Source: Blasia pusilla
Taxonomy: Eukaryota
Assembly (NCBI GenBank): GCA_050084515.1
Contig: CM114271.1
Span: forward strand, 11,098,001-11,162,000
Length of the DNA stretch: 64,000 nucleotides
Direction: 5' to 3'
Both the position numbers and the translations under genes were made by a program. The notes under the pieces were generated by a model. It saw only the letters and a list, made by a program, of their open reading frames with translations, was not told the DNA's origin and did no database searches. Positions 49,733 through 62,903 of the stretch are shown here, piece by piece. Position 1 is the stretch's first letter; each line of letters opens with the position of its first letter.

Positions 49733-51288
49733 ATTTCATCACATGCAGGTTTCTAATCCTCGAATGCTTCTTCCATGGCTACCAAACATATGCAGTCTAC
49801 GCCATCAAATAGTCGCAGCAGCTGTTTCTAGAAGCGTGTTCTCTCAGTAGTTGTGCCGTGTTACCAATCGTTAGACGTCTGAATTCGGGCATTATCATTT
49901 AGCACATGGGAGCACCTAGCAAACCCCCCTCATGGGTGAATCTCGTCCAGTTGAAGGCTATCCTTATCACTGGACTAGGTACCTACGAACTTTCATCTCG
50001 GCTTGGGTTTAGTGAGCACCGGTAGCTTTCTATGAGATGACATCAGATTGACGTCGTAAACGGAACTCTCCTTGCATCCTTTTCCAAACTTCAGCAGCAT
50101 TCCCATTAATACCAACGATTGCTGCGGGTCATGGCTTTCGTTACACGTCCGTAGATGCGCACGACAACGCACTCGTGCTTGGCCACCAGTCGATTCGGTG
50201 TAAAGCTTCTCCCTATCTCTTCAGCCGATGGAGCATTCGATGGAGCACTCGTGATTTTCGAAAGGATAGTGAGGCTTTCAAGATCCCCGCACTTCTGCCA
50301 TTTCTTTCTGCTACTCACGCTATTCGTCCATGCAGACATTTGCATCAGCCGTCGTACGCAGAATCAATCTCTGAGATCGATCCTTACGTTCGCCATCACA
50401 ACTTTTCAGATTACGCGTAATATATCACACGACTCCAAACCTGGCTTCCCGGGCATCCGCTTATCTCCTGAGGATACCCATCCTCAACATCTGCCACTTT
50501 GCTCCAGAACACTCATCAAAACATTCGTGAACACGGGAATCTGTTTTCTGTCCAAAGGATGTCAGATGTGGACACTAGGGGGTGGAGGGTGTATCATTAC
50601 AAAACCTGGTTACCCGACGATGGCAAGAATCTTTGTTTGACTGTACGGTAGCGGACGAAGTTTACCCGCACAGTGCTACACTAATGGACAGAAAGCTCGG
50701 AGTTTGGGCGCTCCTTAGAAATTTTGCTTGGTTGAGGCTTACGGTGAGTCGAGTGACAACGTGCAGTCGTCAATTTCACCGGGGTAATGTGTGCATAGGC
50801 TTTTGATGTGCGGCACTGAATTCCCTTACCCCGTCTCTTGTACAATCTTTTGTAGTGTGAAAGAAGTGAGTTTCTTAAGTGTAGTTTGGCTCTCAATGTA
50901 GACCTGTCGTATCGGGGAATGACATGACATAAATTTGTATCCGGTCTCATAGATAGTCCAAATAGAGCAAGGAGAGAGTTTTATCACCGAGTACCAACTG
51001 GATTTCCTGATAAAACTATCGTTTTAAAGACGATAGCTCATTGCAATACTCCCTTGAAATCCAGTTGTTAAGAGGTTTGAGTGGGCCGAGTGCCCTATGT
51101 AGAGACAACTCTAAGTTTCTTCTGCCTCTACTAAAGAACATCTGTGTTCGAACTTAGATCTGAGATATGCGAGTATGAATTCTGATGCCCTTCACCTGTA
51201 AGTCAATTCTACACATGTAAAAGATGATTGGGTGTCACTTCTCATTTTCTTGTGATATACAGTGACTTGAACAACTGCCACCTGCCAG

Positions 51289-54200
51289 CTAGGTTGTGAG
51301 CAAAATCTTGCCAACATGGGCGCTTGATTCCATCAGCTCATGGGCTTTTGGTGCTTGTCCCAAAGTGAATGAGGCGTGTATAATTGGCTTCACTTTTCCT
51401 GCTTCAATCTCAGGCCAGACATGCTTCAGCACCTCTGCGACAATTTCAGCCTTGTTCTCTGGAGTTCGAGCTCGCAATCCAGCACCTGCCCATCATTCCA
51501 TAAAATTCCACAGATTAGACAATATATGTATCATGCCCGGCGTCTAATCATGATAAGACATCACATTACAGACCACATTCTTGAGTTCCATAAGGGAATA
51601 GTGATAAGAACTAAGAATGATAACTCCCTTGTTGAGAGTGGTCGACTGATAGATAGATGGTACTTTCGATTGAGAGTTGATGATTTTTCTTCGCAACTCT
51701 ATCATCAAATAAAACCGATACCACCATGCACCAACATTACCTCAACCACCTTCCCCTCAGATATGAACCTACTACTGATGATGCTGTTCCTTGACCCAAA
51801 CAGATGAAGACATTTCTTCCACAACGAATGTTTCTGATAAGCCATGGTGGAATATATAGAACAGAATGAGAGAAAACCTATCACAAGGTCTGGATGCTGC
51901 CATTCACTTACTAAGTTGATATCTCCTGGCCTTCCTCAAGAATTAGGTCAAAAGAATCAATACCTTGAATGGTGAGACGTTTTCCCATGATAGGAGCAAA
52001 GTTCACATGCGGTGCCATTGAACCTCCCATGAACCCAATAAAGAAAAGTCTCCCGTCGACACTGAGCGCATCTAAATTCTTCTGGAAATATGATCCTCCA
52101 ATGTGGTCCAGGACAACATTAACCCCTGTACCAAACCCAAAAATTCACAGTAAACCTAACGCAGCATTCACAACTGAAAGCGAACTTGAGGATTACTTAT
52201 AGTTGACTCAAACCCTCAATGTACTCTCGAATCATTTCATCAGTACTCCACGGAGAAAGACATTCATCTACACAAACTCCCTACTGTGTACATGGGTATA
52301 GACAACTGCTCATAACTCCAAAAACTGACTTCATAGTATCCAAGCACCCAATTGAAAGAGAATATTGATGAAGCTGAGTAGAGAAAGACATGTTTTGGCG
52401 TTGCTAACCTTTGCCATTGGTCTCCTCTTTCACCCTTGCCACAAAATCGTCTTCTTTGTAATTTATGGCAACATCTGCACCCAGTTCCTTGCAAACTTCT
52501 GCCTTCTCCTGGTTTCCTGTCGAGTTTCAAAAGCTAACCTGAGTGCTTATCACCAAGACCATCTGGTAAGAAATATTTACTATATTTTACTTGTACTTGG
52601 CCTTAACTAAGGCCAATTGCTTTCAATATCTATATTTTGACCAACTCACGACTGGGAATCTGTCCACAATCTCAATTTATGAAGATTTCTAAGTCGGTCC
52701 TATAATTCTCTTGGTCGGGAGTAAAGCTTCATCATGAAATGGCAAAGTCTAATCACTGGAAAATGGTGTATCGTACTTCACATTTTGAATTGAAACCATA
52801 CATGTTTATTCGAGCTTCTGATGAAATTTAAGAGTTACAAACAACGGCATCAAGCCATTTGGACCTCTTCTTAGAGCACTGCTCAGATTTCTTCATTGCT
52901 CTGAATTTTGCTTACCTACTGTGCAAAAGACGGTAGCTCCCTTTGCCTTGGCTATTTGGATGGCAAAAGTTCCTATTCCGCTTGAGCCTCCATGTATCTG
53001 AATGACCAGGAGTTACAACAAATGTATGATATCCAAAATGTTAAAGCAGAGGATCGTGTTAGACGTAATCCAAATATTTGACGTCACTGATTCAGTGAGT
53101 ACTAAATGATTGCTCAAAGAACAAGTTCACATGAACGGTCAGATTTATAGTACTGTTGAAGTCTTCCTGGCCTTCTATCCTCCAGGCTTCATGTCCTCTT
53201 CGTTAAGAACAAGTGCCTTCACTACTTCAGAACGAAAATCTTTTCACAGCCAGCTCTGGTCGTCACCATCACTGTATGAATGTTAGTCACCTCTAGCCTG
53301 AGAGGCGGCTACAAAAATTCTATTCAAGCCCGGTTCAGAAGTTTGCGAGATTAAGTTCTTCTTATTACTCCACACGAGTATTAGAGTTAGCGGTCGGAAA
53401 TTAGCGTCTGCCCAATTCTTCCATATTCCAGAGTTGATTGAATCATCGACCATCAAATGTCTAATAGAAGAGGGAGGAGAAGGGTGAGGAGAGAGCTAAC
53501 CAGGACACTCTCCCCCGCTGAAAGCTTAGATGTCATGAAGATTGTGGACCATACAGTGCACGCAACTTCAGGAAAGGCAGCTGCCTCTGTTACTGAAAGT
53601 CCCTTCGGGACGGGGAGAACTTGGCCTTCCAACACCGACACCTTTTCTGCGTAACCCCCACCAGACAGTAGGGCACATACCTGCGCTTGACAATGTAAAA
53701 GTCTTGATCAGATTCAGCCACGAACGACTGGAATGACTGTTCAAACAAACCTTGACCATCGCATGCATGCAGGTGGGGTGGAGTGTGGGGAGTGAGTTAA
53801 GGTGAGGTGAGATGGGAGACGGGGGGGGGCAACACAGGCCCGACCAGTTCTCTAACTCATGCGAGCTATCGCAAAGCTATCACAATAAAATCACACACAG
53901 GACGTTTTGAACAATTTCCCTTACAGATATGTTCATCTGGAGACTATAGCCCTTCTCTCTGAGAAAGCTATGACTCACCCACTCCTTGCACTTCTGAACG
54001 CTGTAGCTTACAGCTGGATGCGCAAATTTGAACTCAAACGAAAATTTCCAGGAAGAATTGGGAGCGGATCTCTCACCCACGCAAGCCATTTCATATGAAG
54101 GGCTGGGGTGTGTGTGTGTGTGGGGGGGGGAGGAGGGAGAAGAGACGTAGAAAGAGAAGAAGGAAAAGAGGGCTCTAAATCGTACAAGAGCGATTTCTGA

Positions 54201-54510
54201 ATCCATGAAAAAATTGCAGCTTTAACAAGCAGAACCGCAAGGTTCACTCTGAGACTTACCTCATCGCCTACTTTCCATTTCTGAACCTCATCTCCAACAG
54301 ACTCAATTACTCCGGCACACTCCAATCCAGGGTATAAGCTTGCTCCTGGAGGTGACGGATACTTTCCTTCCCTCTGCAAAGTGTCCGCTCTATTGATCGC
54401 AGTGGCTTTGATTCTGATCACAACCTCCCTCGGGCCGCCAAGCTGGGGATCTTCCACTTGTCTAAGCTCCAAAACCTGCGGACCTCCCGGCTGTGAAATC
54501 ACTACTGCCT

Positions 54511-54514
<4 letters not shown>
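51289..54514 (-). CDS. NAD(P)H:quinone oxidoreductase, PIG3/zeta-crystallin family (327 aa); exons 54514-54260, 53680-53501, 52997-52916, 52516-52409, 52125-51964, 51485-51289
   Basis: [15 protein letters not shown]...[69 protein letters not shown] introns; 984 nt in frame. Confidence 0.95.

Positions 54515-54546
<32 letters not shown>
54515..54546. repeat. (CT)n microsatellite; (AG)n directly 5' of the oxidoreductase ATG
   Basis: Directly visible. Confidence 0.95.
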
Positions 54547-54550
<4 letters not shown>

Positions 54551-56569
54551 TTCTGTTTCTTTGATTGTCAATTCTGATCACCCAGCAACAGATCGATCGA
54601 TCCACTGTCGACGACAGTTCCGTCCCTCCCTCCTCAAGCGCTCGCTTGCACTGTAGATCCAGAACCAGAACTACATACACAGCCCTTACTCTTCCTTCCT
54701 CTCTTTCCCTTCGCTGGTGTACGAAACGGGGAGTTTTTTCGTGGGACCTGGTACATTACTGGAAATGGTAAATCGGGAACGGAAATTCCGGTTTTTGAAC
54801 CGGTTTTCACATATGGAATACAAAGAGCGTCCTCAAATCCAACCGGTTTTTCGTTTAATATTAAAGCTGGTTTCCAACCAGCTTTAATATTAATCGGAAA
54901 TTCTCAAATTTAACCGGTTAGCCTTATTCGTAACCCCGGATCTCCCCGATCATTGAACGATACTACTCTCGCTGCTTGCATTCCACTGCATGGGATGCCA
55001 CGTCATGCCTGGAAACACGGGTTTCACATCATTCCCATTGGACCCGGTTCCGGCCTGTTGAGGTCTGTGCCCTCTCTTGTATCGTGATGGGTTTTTATCT
55101 TTTATCTATTATATATATATTTTTAATTTTATTTTTCGGTTAGAGGTCTCATAAATCATATAATCTACAAGCATTTACTTGTCTATTCATGTATTTTCTC
55201 TTAGGGTTTAGAAATACATCTTCAAGAAGATATCGCACATTAAAAGATAACTTGTCTAGGAAATCGAAAAATAACATCTGTATTTATGTCATAAATATCT
55301 CTATTTCTTAGACTAAGAATAGTTGTATCTCTCAAGAAACCAATGTCATGGAATTGGTTAAGAGAATTTTCGACACTATTTTTGCCAAATGTGGCCAATT
55401 AAAACATTTTGGGGTTTCCTAAACCCTTCATTATTTCAAATTTCCTCGAATTCGTGCTTCTAGGTAAAATGAGGACTTAGGTCTGTTTAATCTCAATCAC
55501 GTCTTCTCCACATCAACAGTTCCACTCATCTTTCTTGTGTACAATTGATTCTCGTATTCCACCAAGAAACAACATATGAGAGATAAAATGTTCTCGATGT
55601 TTATTGAACAATTTTTCTTTATATCTCGTTCGTGCTATGGCTTACAATTGATTCACTGACAGTCAACTTGCAAAAAAGTCTTTGTGGTCGGACATTCAAA
55701 TGGCTTAGATGTACTTGTGTTAATTGATGGGAGAAAATTTTTATTCTTGATTCGTAAAAAAAGGTTGTTATTGCGAGCCGGGTAGCCGTCCTTTGGAAAA
55801 ACAATTCATGATGAAATCCTTCAGAGCCCGAGGGTCACTAATCATCGGTTTTGTGATGAACACGTACACGTATGATAGCCAGTGCATGGAATTAAATAAG
55901 GTCACCGCGACATGCCGTACTTGATCAGCTATGTGTGGGGAAAGTGAAGAATGAGGTTGCCTTCACCTTAGCAACATTCAAATGCAGACTAAAGGTTATG
56001 CTTTTAGGTTCAAAATCTGCAAAAATGGAACTTAAGTTCTAATTATGTCTAAAGTCTTTGTCCTCTAGTCTTGGTGTCAAGGCTCCAACCTTGATCTTCG
56101 TCACAAGGATTATTATATGGTTAGTTATTAGAATTGAAGTGCTGATGTGGGTGAAGTCCTTGTGACCGCGAGAAATCAAACATTATAGATTATGAAACTA
56201 AATTATTCTACGACCCATATACAATGGTAGGGGCAAAAGTTTGAATGTGGCCCGGTAGCATGGATGGGTTAGAGAAAAGACACACTTTACAAAGGTTCGT
56301 CCGTTGGGCTGCCGGAATACAACATGGAAATAAGTACAATCAGTGTGTTGGGAGGTCAGCTGTTTGGTGGGTCTCTATCTTCAATGTGGTTGCAGGAAGT
56401 CAGGAACGAGTCCCAAATCCTCCTCTTCTTCTAAAAACAAAAGAGAAAAAAAAACTAGTTTAGCATCAACTGGAATATGTCCGCACAAGGACTTGTTCCG
56501 GCTACCCATCAACTCCATCCAACGGAATCGTATCTTAACAGCCAATTTAATATCATTTAGAACAACATT

Positions 56570-58745
56570 TGGAACTCTAGTTCCAAATTAGTTCCGACCC
56601 ACCGCCTATCCTCCAAGATTCTGGAAAGTCCTCTTGGCGATAGTCCAACAATAGCCCACTGAAGGAGCTGTTCATCTCATTTGGAACTAGAGTTTCGAAT
56701 GCCTCCCGAAACCCGATTCCATAGTAAGAAGTTGTGTTATAGCTGGATGAGTTACTTGGGGGGGAATGTTTGGGACTCGCCAAGAGGACCTTTCAAATAC
56801 AATGAGGATAGCCAGTGGGTTAGAATGTAACGATGTGTATGCGCATAACAATTGTCACATCTGAGTAGTTGATAGGTAGGGCCGGGATCTATCACGGCAC
56901 TAGAGTTCCAAATGCCTCCCGAAACCCAATTCCATCGGTAGGAGGTGTGTCGTTTCCGTAACAGCTCCTTCTACAGGCTACTATAGGGCTATCGCCAAGA
57001 GGACTTTCGTAATCTTGGAGGATATGTGGTGGGTTGGATCTTATTTGGAACTAAAGTTTTGAATGCCTGCCGAAACCCAATTCCAGCGGTAGGAGCTATA
57101 TGTGAGTGCTGGAATAGGTCCTTACGTGGGAAAATGTATGGCTATCGCCAAGAGGACCTTTCAAATACAAGAAGGATAGCCGGTGGGTCAGAGTTCATTT
57201 GGAACTAGAGTTCTGAATTGCAGTTCAATTGTCTCTTCAGATCCCGTTCGGAGCCATTTCTGGAATAGCTCCTTTTGCGGGCTACTGTAGGGCTATTGCC
57301 AAGAGGATCTTCAAGAATATTGGAGGATAGGTAGTGGGGATAGGCAGTGGGTTGGATCTCATTTGGAACTAGAGTTCCGAATGCCTCCCGAAACCCAATT
57401 CCATCAGTAGGAGGTGTATGTCATTGCCAAAGTAGGTCCTTCCACAAGAAAATGTATGGCTACCGCCAAGAAGACCTTTCAAATACAAGGAGGACAACCA
57501 GTGGGTCGGAGTTCATTTGGAGCTAGAGTTCCGAATGGTTGTTTAATTGTCTCTTCAAATCCCATTCGGAGTCATTTCTCTACCTATCCTTCAAGATTAT
57601 GGAAAGTCTTCTTTGCAATCACCCTACACGCTGATTGCAAAGAGCTCTGATCTTGAGTTGTGTAAAGATCATGTTAGAGAGATGGGATATCTGCTATCTG
57701 GAGTTGGGGGGATCCAATTGCCACCTAAAGGGCCAGTTATGTGATCTCGATGTACATGCGTGAGTTGATTTTTGTACATGTGTGGATCTACCCATGTGTT
57801 GGAGAAGATCGGTGTTGTGTGGCGTGGATGTGACCAACGACTCCAAGATTTTGGAAAGTCCTTTTTGCGATAGTCCTATAGTAGCCAACGGAAGGAGTTG
57901 TCCCAAAAATGACACACCTCCTATCAATGAAATCGGGTCTCAGGAGGCATTCAAAACTCTAGTTCCAACTGAACTATGATCCACCGACTAACCTCCTTGT
58001 ATTTGAAAGGTCCTCTTGGCAAGTCCCAGACATTTTCCCGCGGAAGTAATTGGTCCGGCTATGGCACAACTCCTACCAATGGAATCCGGTTTTGGGAGGC
58101 ATTCGGAACTCTGATTCCAAATGAGATCCGACGGATCTCATTTAGAACTAGAGTTCCGAATGCCTCCCGAAACTTGATTCCATCAGTAGCAGTTGTATGT
58201 TAGTGCCGGAATAGGTCCTTCCGTGGGAAAATGTATGGCTACCGCCAAGAGGACCTTTCAAATACAAGGAGGATAGACGGTGGGTCAGAGTGCATTTGGA
58301 ACTAGAGTTCCGGATACCTCCCGAAGCTCGATTCCATCGATAGGAGGTGTGTCGTTTTTAGAATGACTCCTTCCATTGGCTAATGTAGGGCTTACGCAAA
58401 GAGGACTTTCCTGAATCTTGGAGGATAAGCAGTGGGTTGGATCTCATTTGGAACTAGAGTTTCGAATCCCTCCGGAAACCCAATTCCATCTGTAGGAGCT
58501 GTATGTCAATGCCGGAATAGGTCCTTCTACATGAAAATGTATGGCTATTGCCAAGAGGACCTTTCAAATAAAAGGAGGATCGAGAGGAGGATAGCCGGTG
58601 GGTCGGAGTTCATTTGGAACTAGAGTTTCGAATCGCTATTCAATTGTCTCTTCAGATGCTATTTGGAGCCATTTTCGGAACAGCTCCTTGCGCGGGCTAC
58701 TATAGGAATATCGCCAAGAGAACTTTCCGAAATCTTGAAGGATGG
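56570..58745. repeat. Tandem array, ~146-165 bp monomer with two alternating subtypes and inverted blocks
   Basis: ttggaactagagtt(c/t)cgaatgcctcccgaaacc recurs at ~56681, 56900, 57046, 57199, 57363, 57517, 58143, 58296, 58449 and 58614. Reverse-complement blocks at ~56570-56660 and ~57840-58125. Confidence 0.9.
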
Positions 58746-59629
58746 GGTCTTGAGTGTAACTTCGTCTTGAGGTGTTGGATGGGGTGAGGATAGTTTTGTT
58801 GTGTTAAGAACATTGTTTCTCATGACTTTCTTTTTTAGGTCTTTCACAACCGGGTGACTTGTTTAGCAGGTTACCCACCCCTGGTAACCTGTGCGTGCAA
58901 GTTACTATGAGGATTGCTATTTTTAGGGGAAAGAGCCTTTTGGCTTTTCCCAAACCTATATAAGGGAGAGAGATGGCTTTCCCAAGCCATCTTTCTCATG
59001 TTGGGCCGTTGGAGCACCTTCCTTGCTCGGTGTGAGGTAGGAACTATAGTGCTACCGTTCAGATTCCCTCATAGCGGAGGATGGACGAGGCTCAATATGT
59101 CAATGTAGATTTAGGAGTGGAGTTTTAGGTCGGGTGTGTCTTTTTTTACTCTTGTTTTTAAATGAGAAAGATGCGAGGAGGTAGGGGGAATTCGTTGTTT
59201 GTAGGTAGGCAAGGAAGTTGCCTTGGTTGGGAGCCACTAGAGATGTTGGTTGGCGTTTTCTTTGTCAATTTTTTGTTTGGAAGGTTGTGGGTGGAAGCGC
59301 TATCCATTTTCTCATAGATTTTCTTGGTATGGATTGACGTGGGACAGTAGTCGAGTGTGGTGCTGAGAGTGGTATCGACGAAAATAGCGATGCATAGCGG
59401 GAATATTGGGAAAGGAAATATCATGTCTAGATCTTGTAGCTGCTTTGCCCTGAAGGAGGCTCAAAGATTAGGGTGTAGCTATAGGAGACTTCAAGAACAG
59501 ACTACGTAGCCAAAGGCAGGGTAGAGAGGAGGCTCGATTGGTCGGAAGTGAAAGCGTGCGCATCTAAAGAAAAACTAGGGGTAGGTGGGAGTTCCGTGGC
59601 GCGAATGAGGTTACTCCCGTGGCGCAACC

Positions 59630-60750
59630 ACTATGCTAGTCTATGATGGATGTTCCAGACAATGGTGTATAGCATGTACGTCACCTCTCACTAGGATTCC
59701 TCGAGGACGATGGATGTGCCCCAGATGTCGTGACCCTCATAACCAAACAACACCAAATAGGCGCCAAGCGGAACATCAGAACTCAAGTGGACTCACGCTA
59801 CAATGCTTGCGCTTTGGAGAGGCGTTTGGAAAGGTCTCTTGGAAAAGTCCAAGAGACAAAATGCGGAATAGAGTTGTGCGTTTCATGCATTAGTGGTTGC
59901 GACCAGGAAACCTAGACCAAACGCGAGCCAAGACTTGAGACGAGTTGAGTCTTGGAAGGTTGGTTGCCAAAGAGGTGAGAACCAATTTTGGAACACGATT
60001 AGCGTTTGGGGAATTTGACTGTGTTTTGGACCATGACGTTTAGCCCCAAGATGTGTTTGAAACAAATAAGAATGCATTGGAAAGCTTATCTTGAGAAAAT
60101 TTCAACGCACCAAAGATCTTAGCAAATGCATGAGTACAGACTGAGATATCGGCCAAAAAAAACTGTGAGAGCAATCGGGTTGAGGGGCGATTGGAGAGGC
60201 TCGGGTGTCTTTCCCTAAATATAGGGCAAGTCTTCGAGACTTGCCCATGTTGTAAACCGCAAAACAAGGAAGGTTGAGTTTGATGAGAGACCGAGACGAG
60301 AACTCGGAAAGTTAGCTTGTTGATTGATCCAAGACTCGACTAACCAGAGTGTGTGTTTGGATGCAGATCAACGTTGAGAGAGTGACCTACTGAATGCACA
60401 CCTCTGCAACAACAAGATTAACATTCAAGGAGAGTAGGCGCACGATACCAGATGTACATAGAGTAGGTAGCTATAGATTCTAACTTGTGTCTATGATATG
60501 GATGACAAGAAGGCGACTAATGATGGGGCTACATGAGCATCCAACCTTTTTGCTTTTAGCGTCCTAGAGATGTATGTCATGGTAGGTAGGGATAGATGGC
60601 TATCTGGAGTTAGAGGGACCTAACCACCAGGTAGGGGACCAATTGGAGATATTTTGGTACTTATTGTCTCTATGTTTGGATGCCATGGCCCATGAGTTAG
60701 CATGGGATCGTGCGTGTCGTTTGTGTGTTCGATGATAGCAATGCATATTG
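59630..60750 (+). mobile_element. 3' remnant of PHD-Gypsy (PHD, PPT, A repeat) interrupted by a solo LTR
   Basis: MLVYDGCSRQWCIAC..IPRGRWMCPRC; 60453-60750 is colinear with 18507-18805. Confidence 0.8.
59726..60447 (+). mobile_element. Solo LTR (722 bp, internally deleted) with 5-bp TSD
   Basis: TGTCGTGACC...GGCGCACGATA flanked by ccaga at 59721-59725 and 60448-60452. Confidence 0.9.
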
Positions 60751-60753
60751 TGT

Positions 60754-62903
60754 TGTTGTGTGCATACACATCGCTATACAACCCACATCACTGGTCATAT
60801 CTACATACCACACAACAACAATCTTCCCCAACACATAGGTAGATCCACACATAAATGAAACATACTCACGCATATACACTGGGATTCCACAACAAAATCA
60901 AGAGTAGTAAAAATGGCTCATCCGACCTAAAAATCCACTCATGAATCTACATCGGCATATTGAACCACATCCATCCTCTGCTATGAGGGAATCCGGATGC
61001 TAGTACCCTAACTCCTACACACCTGCACACGTCTATGCAAGTGAGGCGCTCCTAAGGCTTAACATGAGAAAGATGGCTTGGGAAATCCATCTTCCTCAAT
61101 CTTATATCCTTAGGAAGAGCCAAAAGGCTCTTCCCCCAAAAATAGCCCTACCAAGAGTAATCTGTGTGCATAAGTTACCGGGTGACCATTAACTTGGTCA
61201 ACAGGTCACCTGCCGGACTAAAACCAAAATAGGAAAATCGCCATGAACGACGTTCTCGACACAACAGACTTGTTGCCAATCTCATTCAATATGAGAGACT
61301 TGGGAATGCTAAAGGGTCCCGGGATACGGATTGAGTTGACTAGTGATACGCCAATTTTTTGTCGACCCTACAATCTGATATCTCGAGACGAAGTTACACC
61401 CAAATAACCCGTTGACTCTCTATGCCGTCGACACGATCAAACTCTACCTACAACAGAATAAGATGTGACAATTATCATGCGCATACACATTGCTACACAA
61501 CCCACATTGCTGGTCACATCTACATACCATACAACATCAATCTTCCCCAACATACGGGTAGACCCACACATAAATGAAACATACTCACGCATATATCAGA
61601 ATAAGATGTGACAATTATCATGCGCATACACATTGCTACACAACCCACATTGCTGGTCACATCTACATACCATATAACATCAATCTTCCCCAACATACGG
61701 GTAGATCCACACATAAATGAAACATACTCACCCATATACACTGGGACCCCTGTCGTGTGCATACACATCGCTACACAACATATATCGCTATCACTGAACA
61801 CACACACACAAACACGCACGATCCCATGCTAACTCATGGCATCCAAACACAGAGGCGAGAAGTACCAAAATATCTCCAATAAAGTAAGATCCAATCTCTC
61901 TCTATACCATCTCACACCATAACTCTCAAAGGTGTGCACTCTCTCTCATGTCAAACCAAACCCACTCTCCTAATGAGAGGTTTGGGTTATACTCGCAAGG
62001 CAAGGAACCATAGCTCCGCCGCCTCATGGCAAGAGGTTCAACAACGAGGGAATGACCTCTCAAGCTCTCTCTCCTTGAGGTATACCCCTCCCCTATCCCA
62101 AGCTCTCTCCATGGTAACCTATTCTTCCAAGTCACCTTCTTGGCTCTTGACATGATGTAGGAGGTCAAGGGCCACTTACCAAAAATATAAAGTCGATCAT
62201 ATACTCAAAATGGTACTTACCTAAAATAGTAAACTCAATATGGCTCCAAATGAGTCGAAACGAAGGGGAAACCTGCTCTCTCAGGTTTTGCGGGCCTCAG
62301 CAGGTCATCGTCAACCTACTGAGCCTGTCCTCCACTACTCACGAAGGCGCTCTACTAGATCTCACCGATCTATCCTAAAAGACGTGACAATTGTTGTGCG
62401 CATTGTCGTGCGAATCCACATCGTCATACAACATACATCGCTGACATACCATACTCACATACATACATAACATAGACGAGAGCATCCACAAACATAAGTG
62501 TACCATAACTGAAATCTATGAAAGACCTACTGTCATAAAACACCTATAGAATCACATACAATCGAGCCAAACCCACTCCACGATGGGAGAATCTAGGTCG
62601 CAGCTTGCGGGAAACACCATAGCCAAGAGCTCTACTCACTACCAAGGCTAACTCCCAACGCAACAGGCTCAACTCAAAGAACTAACTGTTCTTTGAGTGC
62701 ACTCCACCTTATATCCTCCAACCTAAGAGCGGGCCCTACTAGAAAAGTCACCTACTAGCACACTATACTCTACGACATAATCCGTATGGTCATGACAGCT
62801 GTCGTGCGAATCCACATCGTCATACAACATACATCACTGACATACCATACTCACATACATACATAACATAGATGAGAGCATCCACAAACATGAGTGTACC
62901 ACA
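60754..62903 (-). repeat. Chain of three A-B-A terminal structures from related PHD-Gypsy subfamilies
   Basis: A' at 62800-62903 and 62404-62507; A at 61751-61878 plus a stub at 62392-62402; A'' at 60754-60891 and two tandem ~140-bp copies at 61473-61750. Confidence 0.75.

Noticed and set aside
50106-50950. ORFs between the lipase and oxidoreductase genes
   Set aside because: No recognisable motifs or splice structure; probably UTR or intergenic sequence.
54008-54571. 187-aa ORF with RERERE N-terminus
   Set aside because: The extension is the (AG)n repeat. The likely start is 54514, and the ORF runs past the GTAAGT donor at 54259 into an intron.
61320-61375. RT N-terminal-like snippet (IRIELTSDTPIFCRPY)
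   Set aside because: Under 20 codons; possibly a captured pol fragment but not supportable as a feature.
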